64,000 nt of DNA from Botryllus schlosseri (lineage: Eukaryota): assembly GCA_051294905.1 (NCBI GenBank), contig CM119373.1, forward strand, positions 36,704,001 through 36,768,000, read 5' to 3'. Below the pieces are notes generated by a model, which worked only from the letters and a program-made list of their open reading frames with translations, did no database searches and was not told the origin of the DNA. A program made the translations under genes and the position numbers. Shown here one piece after another: positions 24,331 through 37,624 of the stretch. Numbering within the stretch: the first letter of the stretch is position 1; every line of letters begins with the position of its first letter.

Positions 24331-26499
24331 AATGGTTGTTTTTTGAAATGTCTTATTCTGATTCGAACAAAGCGTTTTATCCTTATGAGGTGAATAACAT
24401 TGTCAGGAGCTTGAATCTTTGAAAGAATGTTGTAATTGTTGTTTTTTGGTGTTTTTCATTGTGTCACCACATATGATGTCATAGGATTTAACAATGTTCA
24501 TGCTGTTCGCAGTCAATCCATTTGGAGTATGTTAAGTCTTAAGAGGATTAATGATTTTATATTGGAAGGATAAGACAGTATCAGCTCAACTGTGTTCTGC
24601 TGTGGTTGAGTGGAGTGCGAAGATGTTTAGTACAGCACCATGCAGTGCAATCTCAGGAGCATTAGTATTCTTACATGAGATTGGATAATCTTTATTGAGC
24701 ATTACCCATTTACTAAGCCCTTTGGACGTCTTTTTATGTAAGTGCAGTAAAATTTGAGTAATAATTATGCTAATTTTGCGTACTAATATATGATCTGTAA
24801 GTGACATTGACAGATTCAGTCAGATATTGATTCTAACAACTATGTAATTCTAATCATCTAATTAACGCAGAATGCTGTAAATCTAGTTTGTGGTACAGGT
24901 AAGGTTCTTTGCCCTAATTCTAATTCTAGTCTAATTTGTGAAAAGTTTGTACACTCTTATTTTAATTCTAATATAATTTCTGGTTTTCCTGTAAAACGGT
25001 ATAATTCTGATTCTAATCTAATCAGGAAAACACTGTGTAGCTATAATTTCAGTTGAACTTGCCAAAAAAAAACTATACCGTAGCTATAATTCTAATCATG
25101 ATATAGAAAATCTGAAAATTCTGGTCGAAACGGTAAAATTCGGTTAATACTGATGCTAATTTTAGAGATTTAACACAATTGATCTGTAACTGACATAGAC
25201 GATACGTTCTAGTAATCATCGTAACTAAAACTGGAGAGTTTAATTTCGTAGCGTCCAAGTATAAAACTCGTTGATTAGAGATAAATGCAGTTTTTGAGCA
25301 AATTGTTTTGTATTCGTGTAACGAATCAAGTTTAGAAAATCACAAAAAAAATATATAATAACCCCATACCTCTGGCAATCCCGGAAAAGCCTGTATTTGA
25401 TTAATGGTCTATTTTTCTAGATGTACGCTATTCAAGTACATTCATTTGGTAATGGCCACATTTTGCTGTGTGACATGAAGCTTTTAGCACTGTCATGAGA
25501 ACAGTGCTATTTCTTTATTCGAGATGGCTGTATTCTGTGCTGTAACGATACTTTTAATATTGGTATATCATAGGAGCATTGTCTCGCGTCAACTATGTTT
25601 GTTTTGTTACTCAATGCATCATTACCTCAGACCTCAGAGTACTCCAGTAATTGCCCAAAACATAGATGTAGATGATATCTGACGCATGCTGAAATGGTCA
25701 CTCATTGCAGTTGCTAAATTAAACGATTTGGATGCTGGCTTACCATTATGGGCATAAGTTCTTATAAATCGAGTCGAGCTTAACACATGACCAGGTTAGA
25801 TCATATGATTTGATTATACTGTATGTATTGGCTGATTATAATTTTACAAGTGGGTTTATGTATGATACAGGTTATCAGTCTGCATTATGATGTGTATGCT
25901 TGAGTATGGTTTTGTTCGATCAAATAATGACCAGGGAAGGTAATTGCAAACGCATTTATCATAGTGCTGGAATGTAGTCAATGTTTATTTCCAAGTGGAT
26001 TAGTTATGAAGTCTTTCCTCAGACGCATGACTACCTTTTCTGCATATTCAAAATAGTCACCTGAAATCATTATATTTCAGAATTGCATTATCGTCTTTGA
26101 TGAAGGTATGTTCTAGTTTATATTATATGCGATATCCAGCTACTCGTGTGCACATTTTTCATGCTATTGTACGGTGTTGGCTTCTAAAATATAGATAGGT
26201 CCAGTGGGCTAGTTAAAAAAAAACGCACTGTGTTTCAACAGCATAGCTAGAACATTACTGAAACCAAATTTTTATTGCATCAATGACTTATCAGCTGTCA
26301 TTCTATAGGTCTACTGTTTCTAGTAACTTTCATGACAAATATGTGAGTCAAACATGAGATATACAGTATACACGATTGAAGACAGCTGTTAGCTGGTTTC
26401 TGTGTAAAACTATTTACTTTCAATTCCTTGTACTTGGATTAACCCTTTTCATTATCAATAAGTGTATTGTGTAGTGTTATGTTTGTTTGTGTCTGGCTG

Positions 26500-27400
26500 C
26501 AAAATATTGATTATGGTAGCTGATAATTTCAGCCAAGCTCATGTGCTGTGATCGGTAGCTTTCGATTTGGAAGCAACCTACTGGTGTTAAAGTCATGTAG
26601 TGATTAGCTACACTTTGTGACCAATTTTCTTGATTAATTGTGACACATTATACTCAATTTTGCTCATGGGCATTTCGTGATTCCTTGTTGTGTCAATTTC
26701 ACGCCTATTTTCCAAAAGACGACACAATTGCTTGTTTATTGTCCAAATTAGGATCTGCAGCCAGCTGAAACAGTGCCTGATTTGATGCTGTACCCAACCC
26801 ATAAATAAAATGTGCAATATGAAATTAGGTTGTGGACTTGTGGTCGAATTAAAAAGTGTTTATGTTTATAATATCATCTTCTAATAAGCATAGTGCGTTA
26901 ATAAATACGGCTAATAATACTAAGAATGCATCGATATGAGTTAAAATATAACATAAATAGAATAATTAGTTGAAAAGATGAGTTAGATCATATTATATTG
27001 ATCAATTTACCATAGGAAAATACCGGTTTCTGTAAGCAGATAACATAGCAACTAGTAGCACCTTATGTAAACGTTTTATTGGTTTAGGATGCGATGAAAC
27101 TTCAAATAGCATCATATCTTATTTGATATTGGACTGGTCTTCAATACGGGGATGTTTAATGTAGCTGTTAAGTCATGAGCGGTGTGGCATGCTGGTATGT
27201 AAATAAGCCTTAATTTTTTGGAATAAAGTATTGAAGCCATTTACTAGGATTACGTTACCGGATTTGTTAATCGTAATGAATTTGAGGTTTCGTGTATTGA
27301 TGAAACATCTAATACCTGGTGGCCCAATACTGCAAGCATGGTGCGCCGCATACCCGCATTGTAGGATATAGGGTCATAAAGGGGGACACCTTGTGATGTA
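26500..27400 (+). pseudogene. Possible highly decayed LINE reverse transcriptase
   Basis: Weak motifs across several frames (VTNFLD, GFVNRN, PILQAWCAAYPH) resemble LINE RT C-terminal motifs; heavily disrupted. Confidence 0.25.
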
Positions 27401-28732
27401 ATTGAAGGCAAATAATGTAATACGGAATGCTAATTTTGGATTTGTATGGTAGTTATAGGATACGATATGAGATAAGCAGTCTATGAAGGAGTGAGATATA
27501 AAGTGATTTTAGAGGAGTATCTATGAGCAGTGATGGGCCACTAGAAATTTTCAGCTTTCAGAATCAGAATAATACCATTATGAGTTAATACAAATTAGAC
27601 TATGAGTTAAAATTATCGCTCTCAGTTTCTTTCCAAGTTGGATTAGAATTAGTTATGGCTACACCGATTTTTCCTAATTACCGTACATTAGAATTATAAT
27701 TACAGAATTTGCAAAAACTCTGTTCCGCAAGCTTGGCTTGTTTCGCATTATTCAGTTCTCCATAGAAACATTTCACAACAAATTACGATAGAATGAGAAT
27801 TAGAACAAAGAATCCTTTTCACGAATTAGACTAGAATTAGATCTCCGGCATTTCGCTCTAAATAGTCTCACGAGATAACTACAATTAGCTAGTTATTCAA
27901 GTCTGTCTACTAGGATGGTGTTCGAGCCTCGATAATCCAGACGTAACTACTCTGCGCTGTAAACAATTTTTGGAATGTTACCAATTTCTTCAATCTCGAT
28001 TCCTTGCATTTCAACTTGCTTTGAAATATTACCAATTCCTGCAATCCGAATTCCTTGAATTTTGACTAGCTATCTTTTGGTGCGACCGCCGATAGAACCA
28101 CGAGTGTGCGAACCTGAGATTATGTAAGTTTATAAACACGCGAGTGGAGCGACTATGGTGCGAATAAACACGACACTCCGTATCCGTATGTACAGTGCTA
28201 GTTGAATGCTAGGGGGGGGAGGTTTTTGCATATGATGCCTATGCTATCCCGATTCAGGTACAGATGATCAATGCAGACTTGTACTAACTACTAATCTAGG
28301 TATTTGATGGTAAACTAACTGCTGGTTTTTTGAGTAGTTCTAATCGCGGATTTTAAAGAGTTGCTAGTTCTAGTGCTAGCTGCTGCATTGAAACATAAAT
28401 TTTATTGCCAACAACTTAAAATGTGTGATAATTGTGTGGATATTCTGTTGTGTTCTGTTCTTGGAACCATTACTCGCTCAGAGTCATCACTCCCATCTCC
28501 CATTTTCGCGATAATAACTAGATATAAAATCGGCTCAGTTGTACTATAAAGTTTAGAAAAGAATCTACTTGGTATTTTTACACACAGAAGACTCTTTTAA
28601 ATCAAAATTATAGCAACAGGACTATATTTAAGGGTAATAGATTTATCATAGTTACAGATTTTCATGGATATCATGTACATAAATAAACTCCAGTCATGTA
28701 CATTAGTAGGCTATTTACCTTGATACTCGAAT

Positions 28733-30836
28733 CATAGGCGCCGACTTTTAATTTTTTCCGAGGTGGCGAATTCTTGTGACGTCATAATTGTTCCATATCA
28801 ATGACTTCATCGTCGCACGAAAACGCACTTTACTGCATGACGCTGGTGTACGTGCAGGTGCAGAGTTAAACCATTCGCGTGACATTTTAATATCGGCCCT
28901 GCACTCATTAATATCAAACCATGCAGTCGAGTTATTAAATGGAATCTTAAAACGGTACGATCATTTGAAGTGTAACTGCGGCCTGCGCTACCAGTCCGTC
29001 CGACGGAATCTGCAGTTGCATCAATGTTATTCACGCGCAATGCCCCGTGTGAGTAACGAAATACACTACGCACTGACCTTGCAAGTAACACACGGCAACT
29101 CTCGAATACTTCCAGCAGACAATAATGATGATGACAAACGCGAAATCGCGCAGCCAATCAGTCATTGTCTCTTGCGGTTTCTTGCTTCGCGTTGACCAAC
29201 TCGCGTCGCGGCAATTGTTTTATGATTAAATTTCGGAGTACGACTGTATCAAGCAGATAACAAGAAATAAGGATGATGGCAAATGAGAAAGCGTGTGTTC
29301 TAATCAGTATCGCCACGAATCGGTTTTGAGTCTGACACCGTATTGAGTAGCTTTCGTGGCGACTTTCTCATTATATTTGTGTTTTCTCATTATATCGGTG
29401 TTTAAGCTGTATTGCTGCATTTCCCGAATAATGCCACTGGCAAAGCCTTGTTATAGAAACGAATCTGCGCAGAAACGAAGTCCAATTTGCAGGCACACAC
29501 CAACAGACCCTCCAATTTCCCGCTCCGATTACCTATCACGAAGCTAGCTGGCTCATGAATGGTTTTGTAAACGAATATGGGCGCACATAATTTAGATTTC
29601 AGAAAACCAGAACGTATATTTGGGCGCCTGATCGGGAGAGGAGATCTAGGATGGTGCTTCTCAGCACACGCTAGGCGCGTAGCCAGTCGAAATATTAGAG
29701 GAATTTGGATTTTTTTTCAAATTTACCAATATATCATCAATTCAATTCGGGTCAAGTACATGTGTAAATGGCGATCATATAATCTCTTGGTATCGAGGCT
29801 TTTAGGCGTATATCAAGCTTGCCAAAGAGTCCGGGAATGCTCTGAATTAGCGAGTCCCTGATCTCTGGTGAACAAATGAATACGCGCGCGTATTACGCAG
29901 TCTCGGCTACAGTTTTCGCATATCAAAATGTCCGAACTTGATGGCACCGATTTCAAACCTTTGTCATATTTCAGAACTTGAGACATGATACACATCTTCT
30001 GATCGTTACGTTCAAGTATGAGCGGGAATCAATTTCGCACGTTAAAGTCTGTTTGCAGCGATTCGATGTTGTGCAGTTTCGTGAATTCGCTTTTTAATCA
30101 ATATGACATGAAACAATCACTAATTAGCGTAAACTCGACCGCATTGTCGCCAAACCAGCGAGCCAAAGCATGCTAGGCCCGAGACGCGATAGTCACACCA
30201 TAGGCCAGCACCAGCATTCAGCAATGATCTTTTCCACTCCAGGCCTATTGCAGATGCTATTGTGTGAGCCAGCGATGATATCGTGCACACCAGGCCGAAG
30301 CCGCCAATGCAGATGCGATTGCGCAGTTAAGCGATGATATAGTGTGAACTGGGCCTATCGCAGATGCGATTGTTGAAGCCTGCGGAACCAGGCTTGCTCG
30401 AGACGTGATAAATCAGGCTAGCGACGATTGCCACGCACACGGGAATGAATGACCTAATTTCGCGACCATCTCAGTGGGAGATCATCACAGATTCTTCTCA
30501 CTAATTGCCAACACGTTTCTCGCAAACCCGCCGCGCGGAACACTGATTACGCAATTATTGAATTGCAACTGAATATTGGAGTTAGAATGATCATTTCAAA
30601 ATGACGGGGTTTCGCGTTTCAAATAGGGAAGTTTGACCCTCGAAACCCCCTCCTGGCACACGCGCGTATCGAAATCGAAGACGTCTCTAACGAGGTCGCA
30701 TCGATTCGCCTGATTACTAATTACTGGTCACAAATCACTTTGGCGATTGCGCATTTTGTATGAGGTGGCCGCCACCTCGTAAATATGGTCACGAGGTGGC
30801 TGCGCCACCTCGTAACCTCGTAAGTCGGCGCCTATG
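28733..30836. mobile_element. Composite non-autonomous hAT element
   Basis: TIRs CATAGGCGCCGACTT / AAGTCGGCGCCTATG; TSD ACTCGAAT at 28725-28732 and 30837-30844; subterminal GAGGTGGC repeats; contains a nested element. Confidence 0.9.
29672..30668 (+). mobile_element. Nested hAT-like element (family E)
   Basis: Ends TAGGCGCGTAGCCAG / CCTGGCACACGCGCGTA; interior homologous to 34698-35430; ~60-bp tandem units GGCCTATTGCAGATGCGATTG at 30240-30380; no TSD seen. Confidence 0.6.
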
Positions 30837-30849
30837 ACTCGAATAACGT

Positions 30850-31530
30850 GGCATTAATTCAATCAGTTTTACGTCAACCAGCTATTGTAAAGTTGAAATA
30901 ATCAGTTGGAATATAATATTATTGATGTTTTTTAAATCACAGTTGTTGTTTTGTAAGATTTTCGCCTGTACGCTATTTAGTGCAGTTTCTTGAAAGTTTG
31001 CGACAATGGTCTTACATAATATGTTCAATTGTTCATCTCATATGCCCTGATATCTTTCTTTTGTTGTTCTGATGTCTTGGTAGAACCTCTCACCTTGCTA
31101 ATCAACAAGATGATCAGGAAATATATCAAGGTTTCTGAACAGGAAGTGAACTTTTATGCTCATGTTTGTGCTCAAGTGTTCGATATGCAGTTACGAATTT
31201 TCGGACCAACTGTTTGTGGTTGGGTGCTTTATGATCATCTAAAAAGTTTTATTTACTACACCTTAGGAAATTACATGCAGTGAACTCCTTCCTAATGAGA
31301 AATTGGAGTTTTTCACCGGTATTCGAATATACCAGATACCAGATTTAAGCTTCTCGTTTGATAGGGTTACTTGGTATACCCACTTTGTTGACTCAGCGGA
31401 AAAATATCGATTTACCAGTCAAAAGAAAGAAGACGCATATCAGTATTGTAGTTAGGCCTTCCAAGGACAAATTTTATAGTTTTACACTCATCTTTAATCT
31501 TGGTAGAATGACCAATTGATACAGGAGAAT
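30850..31530 (+). pseudogene. Decayed LINE (L2-like) RT fragment
   Basis: LVEPLTLLINKM, NFRT..L, DLSFSFDRV and GLP..... motifs occur in the order of the L2 RT motifs (PLTxLIN, NYRPISL, DLSKAFD, GVPQG), with frameshifts. Confidence 0.35.
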
Positions 31531-31954
31531 ATGTATAATGTATAATATGTATGTAATATATTTCCGTTGTACAAAAGTACAAATTTTAGGCTTGACAAAC
31601 TGCTTTTTGACAAACAAATATTTCGCATCATGTCATGTTAATATTGATAGAATGACTTGCAATGACATGCGGGTTCTTTATAGTCAATTAGGTATTTATA
31701 CGCAGTATACAATTAGAAAAAACTACGATTTTCTTCCTACCAAGTGAAATATTTAGGGGCAAATACACTAATTTTGGGCTTTTTAGGGGTGTAAATATCT
31801 CCTGACAAACAGCCAATCAGACAAAACTAATGTGATATTCATAATCAGCAACCTCAAAAACCCTATAAACAGCTCTCAGATGTTCTGCCTAAAAAAAATT
31901 CATTTTGTTGACCAGTGTTATTTAATATGCTTCGTAATTTGAGTCTAGTTAGTT

Positions 31955-32332
31955 TTGGGTTACCATACGTCCTCTTTTAAGGGGATTTATCCTCTTTTTT
32001 GACTTTTTTGAAAGTGTCCTCGGAGGACGCCCTTTTGTCCTCTTTTTTGAGATTTTTTCCTCTTTTTTGAAAATTTAGGTCAGATTTAGAGGAAATTGCG
32101 AGTGATATGCCGTAAATTGGCACAGAAGTGAGTCAAGTCACGCTCCGGCGGGTATTTCGGAGTGAAAAACGGTGAATTTAGCTCTGAGCGAAAAGATGAC
32201 CTTTTTTTTTAGTCATCCACCTAAAAGTGTGGAGAGAAAAACGGTATTTTGAGCTCTGAGCGGACCGGTTTTGCAAGTCTCAAATTTCTGAAAAAGTGTC
32301 CTCTTTTTAGATTTCCAAAATATGGAAGCCTA
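31955..32332 (+). mobile_element. hAT MITE family D, second copy
   Basis: Ends TTGGGTTACCATA / TATGGAAGCCTA; TSD AGTTAGTT at 31947-31954 and 32333-32340; homologous to 15794-16128. Confidence 0.85.
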
Positions 32333-33179
32333 AGTTAGTTGTGTTCTAGTTAGCTCGTTGCAGATTTTTGAGAGCTAACTTTAGTTTTGAGTTTTGAAAA
32401 TTGAGTAGTTCTAGCTTCGGTTGCAAATTTTAAAAACCCATTAGTTGGGTCAATGTGATTCTGCGAAACTAATATGATTTAGAGATTGTACTGAGATTTG
32501 AAGCTGGAAAAGTAGGCAAATTGTGCTACTTTGGTGTAGGCGGCTGCATTCTGGGCAATTGAATAATAATGGCCGATTAATTACATAACTGGCCACACTA
32601 CTAGTCATAATACGTACATCAGGAAATCTGCTGTTGTGTTCTAATCGATCTGCTTACGTTAGAGTGAGATCAGATACTAATCCAATAATTTTCTTCATAC
32701 ACAGCCACGCATGATTGTAATAATAATTAGTATTCCATCCTAAGTCTTCAGAATGAAGTCACGTAGAGTTCAACTAGAACCTGTATTCAATATAGTATAG
32801 CGTATGTTGTGGTATAGTTTGCATAGGCTGAAGATGCCTACTTGACTAGCCCTTGCTACATATATAGGAAGTGAAAACGTTTCCATTATGCTTTACATAT
32901 GGAGTGTTTTTCGAAAGAGTACTGGTATTAATTTACCTCTAGTGGCATGTGCGTTGATTTTACTTTGGCCTTAAATGTAATAAGTTATTCAATTCAATTC
33001 GATGTATTTGAATCAATAGATGTCTGTCATCATGTTATCATGGTGGTAGATTTGCAAGTTATTCTGCAATGATGATTTGCAATGTATTGTAAAGAATGCA
33101 AACCTACTGCTATTTTTAACCACTGGCACAGGGTCCTTCGTGCTTACTAGTACCGTATCAGGCAATTTGGGCTGGGTGC

Positions 33180-34042
33180 CGGGTTGTGATGACTCGACAT
33201 TTTTTCAAACGTGTAGAATGACTCGACTCGTGTAAATTTGTGTATTGACTCGATTTGTACTCTGAGTCATATGACCCGAGACTAGGACGGCTAAGATGGA
33301 CATTTCATTGTAGTTTTGTAGAATAGTAAAGTTACCACACGATTGGTATTTCGTCTGTCGGTGGTGATACTTGGAAAATAGGGCCGGAAACTGTTGAAAC
33401 TGAGGAAAATTTCGATATTATCAATGAAGAGCTTCTTGGAGGTACAGAACCTCAATATACAATTGAATAGTATAGCATCTATGAGATAATCCGATATGTG
33501 CGAATAAATATCGAGACGACAGATTTCATGTCGTTGGAAGGGGCCGTTCACACTTTCATTTGTGTGCCTTGGAGTCGACTTTTATCAAAATACACCAGCC
33601 CAAACTCTGCCAACAAAAGGGGTTCGTTTAACACCTGAAAATAGTACATTGAACACTCTCTTGTTTGAAATTTCATGCTGGTGAAGTCATATTTTGTGAT
33701 ACGATTGTTGATATACAATGTTCTTTCCAATTCTCCACTAGTTGCTGACGATTACCACTGACGAGTGTCAGCCGAAAACATTTGGGTTTATTTCAATATG
33801 AATATACTATGCAATTGTGTATTGATATTATCAATGCGAGCTATTTTATATCACTTGAGCAGAGTTGAAAAAGGTGGGTTGAACCTAATTGAACTCAAAG
33901 TTGGACTCGGACTCAAGTCAAAACACCGACTCGGACCCAACCCTCTGCCCACTGACTTGGATTTAAACTTGACTCGAGTCAAAGCTGTAAAAGTGAGATT
34001 GACTCGTGACTCGGAACCTTGGGACTTGGTTACAACCCTTGT
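33180..34042 (+). mobile_element. GACTCGAGTC-rich hAT MITE (family F) interrupted by hammerhead-family sequence
   Basis: The 5' part (33180-33400) and the 3' part (33870-34042, ending GACTTGGTTACAACCCTTG) match the reverse complement of 37625-38192; 33425-33840 is inserted. Confidence 0.6.
33744..33788 (+). ncRNA. Minimal hammerhead ribozyme motif, copy D
   Basis: GCTGACG-ATTACCA-CTGACGA-G-TGTCAGC-C-GAAA-ACAT-TT-GGGTT; core intact; stem III and the cleavage site carry C/T substitutions. Confidence 0.6.
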
Positions 34043-34263
34043 ATTTTCAAGAATACCAGAAATAGAATCAGAATAGGAAACATTCACAAGTTAGATAGGA
34101 TTAGATTACCAATATTTTGCTCCAATCAGTCTATTATACAACTGGAATGATTATTACCAGTTATTAAAGCAAATTTTTCGCGCATTTCCAGCTTCCACAG
34201 TTGCCTTACTAGCCCGTAGCTACCATAATATTCTGACCCGGATAGCATCGTTGCGATCGCGCC

Positions 34264-34518
34264 ATGTCGTTCCTGTTTCAAAACAAAAACTCGCGGACCT
34301 TCAAGCCGCGGAAGAAGATTCCGGAAGGCACCCACCAGCATGACTTGATGGAGCACGCGGCGGCCACGCTGGGCAGCGGGAATTTGCGATTGGCGGTGCA
34401 GCTGCCGGAAGGGGAGGACTTGAACGAGTGGGTGGCGGTGAATACGGTGGATTTTTTTAACCAGATTAACATGCTGTACGGGACCATAACGGAGTATTGT
34501 ACTGCCGCGAAATGCAAG
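34264..34518 (+). CDS. MOB1: MOB kinase activator 1, coding exon 1 (aa 1-85)
   Basis: MSFLF...TFKPRKKIPEGTHQ...ATLGSGNLRLAVQLPEGEDLNEWVAVNTVDFFNQINMLYGTITEYC is the conserved MOB1 N-terminus; donor AAG|GTTTGT at 34518/34519. Confidence 0.97.
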
Positions 34519-34697
34519 GTTTGTGATGTTATTTTGTTAAGGCTAGCCAGTAGCTGTATGGTTTCATCGTGTGATCGTGTGATATCGTAGTTTTTTATGA
34601 GTTTTCGTGTTTTTAATGCAGCAGTTCTTGTAGTAAAGGTCGCAAAAGGTAAAATTTATGGTCATGACTGCTCCAGAGCGATCTTTTAATATGGATG

Positions 34698-35430
34698 CAG
34701 GCGCGTAGCCAGCCAAAAAATTAAGGGGGGGTTGCGATTGTTTTGTAATTTACTAATATAGCATGAATTCATTAGGGTTAAGTACATGCGTAAATGACAA
34801 TTATACAATCTCCTAGTGTTGACAATTATACGCGTATGGTAAGCCTGTCGACGAGTCCGGAAGTGCTGTCAATTAGCGAGTCCCTGCTCTGTCGTGAGCA
34901 ATTAAATAAATACGCGCGCTTATCAACGCGTCTTACATAGCCTCGACAACGATTTGCGCTAGTCAAAATGTCTCGAGTTTCTATGTGCTATAATGACGCC
35001 GATTTCAGGCGGTTCGAACCTCTCTTTTATAACTCTGGCCTTGACACACATCTTCTGATGGTTATGTTTAAGTATAAGTGGAAATCAATTACGCGTGTAC
35101 GCACGCGTCGCACATGTTTGCGGATATTCGATGTCATTCAGTTTTGCGATGTCACTCTTTAATACCAATCGCTAATCAGCATATACTTAACGGCATTGTC
35201 TCCAAGCCATCGGGAGATAAGAGCCAAAGCATGCTAGGCCCGAGACGCGGTAGGCTAGTTATGCTGGAGATGATATCTTTCGTACTAGGCCTATTGCTGA
35301 AGCGATTGTGTAGGCCAGTGATTATATCGTGCGAACCAGACCAATGCACATGCGATTGTGAAGGCCATCGATTAGATGAACATTTCGCAGATCAAATTAG
35401 AAGTCGATTACCAGCATATCGCTCTATTAA
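34698..35430 (+). mobile_element. Family E hAT-like element, 3'-truncated, intronic
   Basis: Starts CAGGCGCGTAGCCAG; homologous to 29672-30400 (GAGCCAAAGCATGCTAGGCCCGAGACGCG is identical). Confidence 0.7.
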
Positions 35431-36067
35431 GGAGTCACCAACTCAAAACGGGCCGCGAGCCACTTTTCCAAATTTGTAGAGGTCGAGCGTAAACACTTCA
35501 CAAATATGATTAGAATTAGGGCTAAGAAACATATTAGATTAGAATTAAATTACCGGAATTTCGCTCTAATCATTCTAATTGGACAACTAGAGTTACCTAG
35601 TTGTCCATGTCTGGTTGAAGATGCCCGAAAAAATGTGTCTTATACTCACATTCGCTGGTAATACTGGTAACATATGGTAAGATTGGCATCTGCTCGTCTG
35701 TATCAATTATTTCAAGTTTGTTTGGATCCCTAATTCTTGATTTATTTTAAATTGAACTCGCATCATTCATCATTTGGACATAGTGAATTTACAACTCTGT
35801 CAATATTTGCACTGCCCCATCGAGTGCCGCAACGCCTGCAACTGTCGATGAAATTAATTGCACTTCAATCCACGGGACAGTTTATTGGCAAATATTCGCT
35901 TGAAAGAGATTGCCGGCATTCAAAGTTTGCATCAGAGTTTACAATCTTGACCGTTGTAGCAGAGGCTGTCAGTAACGTAATAATTCTGCCTGAGTAAATA
36001 TTTCCTGCTTTCAGTTCATATCAAATCAGAGGCCATTCTGATGAGCACGATAATGGCAACTGTCTGT

Positions 36068-36584
36068 TAGGGCTCTTCAAAAATGAATTTTTTTCTCAAA
36101 TCGTACTGGCTACTTGATAAAATTGTTAGGTTACCTAATTTAAGTCTACACACCAAATTTGGTTCAATTCCAACCAGTGGAAGCGGAGATATTGCCGTCG
36201 AAAAATTTGGATTTGAATAAAATAGTATTTACGGTGACCGATTCTTTGTTTATTTATTATAGTTGTGCTCACCGTAAATACTATTTTATTCGAATCCAAA
36301 TTTTTCGATGGCAATAACTCCGCATCCACTGGTTGGAATTGAACCAAATTTGGTGAGCATCGTCTCTATAGACAGCCTAGCACTTTCATGGGGTGAACAG
36401 AAAATTTTCAAATTTTTTATTATTTATTTTTATATAATAATTAGAAACTTTCTTCTCCTGTAGCAAAGTGGTTACTGGCTGGAATTGAACCAAATTTTGT
36501 GTGTAGGCTTAAATTAGGTAACATAACAGTTTTATTAAGTAACCAGTACGATTTGAGAAAAAAAGTCATTTTTGAAGAGCCCTA
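36068..36584. mobile_element. Palindromic MITE family C, complete
   Basis: TIRs TAGGGCTCTTCAAAAATGA / TCATTTTTGAAGAGCCCTA extend imperfectly to ~110 bp; TSD CTGTCTGT / CTGTCCGT (1 mismatch); internal hairpin AAAATAGTATTTACGGTGA...TCACCGTAAATACTATTTT. Confidence 0.85.
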
Positions 36585-36802
36585 CTGTCCGTACACCGAT
36601 CTTGGATCGTTTCGCGCCATAAAGTTCTCCTGTAACATATTCACAAGAAGACCAGATGTTTGATTAGAATTAATATTGGCATCTTGTCCGAGTCTGTCGG
36701 GCTGCCCCTTGACCACCCGTAATTATACAGTAGTTACTCAATTTTAAGGTATCAACTCGTTTCTTCCTCATTCCATTATAATTTAGCAAATTTTCTGACA
36801 TT

Positions 36803-37245
36803 TGTAATGCATACCCTCGGAATTGTCCAATTTATCAATGTTGTTCTCTTTAGAATTCTGGGGACATTAAAAAAAATTGGATTGAAAAATTCCCAGCGGT
36901 TCAAAAGATAATGCGATTCAAAATTCTCATGTCACTAGGTGGCGCTGCATGCAAAAATCTTTATAATCCATATTTTTTGCTTAACAATTTTGAGGCCAAG
37001 GAATTGAAAAAAAATCAACATTTTCGCTATTGCAAAATGTACTTTGATTCTCCACCATACTTACAGCAAAAAATATGGATTTTAAAGATTTTTGCATGCG
37101 GCGCCACCTAGTGACATGAGAATTTTGAATCTCATTATCTTTTGAACCCCTGGAAATTTTTCAATTTAATTTTTTTTAATGTACCCAGAATTCAAAAAAG
37201 AACAAAATTTGTAAATATTGGACAATTCTGAGGGTATGCATTACA
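36803..37245. mobile_element. Foldback MITE with ~185-bp arms
   Basis: TGTAATGCATACCCTC...CTCATGTCACTAGGTGGCGC..CATGCAAAAATCT is mirrored on the right arm; loop ~60-70 bp. Confidence 0.85.
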
Positions 37246-37329
37246 GCCCCTGTTAAGTTATAATGGAATTAGCCTTCTTGTTGAGTCATATTTGCAGCGG
37301 TTGTCGAAGTAGACAGTTTTGTCACGCAA

Positions 37330-37616
37330 GTATAAAGTACTGCCATAAATTCCTACTCAACATGTAGAAGTAGTACCGTACTGTGTATTGACTCGACTTG
37401 AACTCGAGTCGTAGCGCATGACTTGAGACGCAGACGACAACGACCGACGTTTCATTGTAATTTTGAAGAATAGGATGACTTGGACTCGGACTCGAGTCAT
37501 AACACCATGACTCGGACTCGGACCTCTGCTCAATGACTTGGACTCGGTGGTGAATTGAAAAGGACTTAACTTGACTGAGACTCAAGTGAAACTATAAAAG
37601 TGAGATTGACTTGTGA
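37330..37616 (+). mobile_element. Family F MITE, partial, forward orientation
   Basis: GACTCGG/GACTTG repeats collinear with the reverse complement of 37625-38192; stops ~30 nt short of its terminus. Confidence 0.7.
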
Positions 37617-37624
37617 CCTACTGA

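Noticed and set aside
25400-25800. LINE RT on the minus strand (IYKNLCP...HASD)
   Set aside because: Too degenerate to distinguish from chance.
28788-29195. 135-aa ORF and its antisense partner as a gene
   Set aside because: Lies inside a TSD-flanked non-autonomous element; no recognisable domain.
34519-34590. Extension of MOB1 exon 1 to the ORF-track stop at 34590
   Set aside because: Similarity ends at K85, and the GT donor joins in frame to exon 2.
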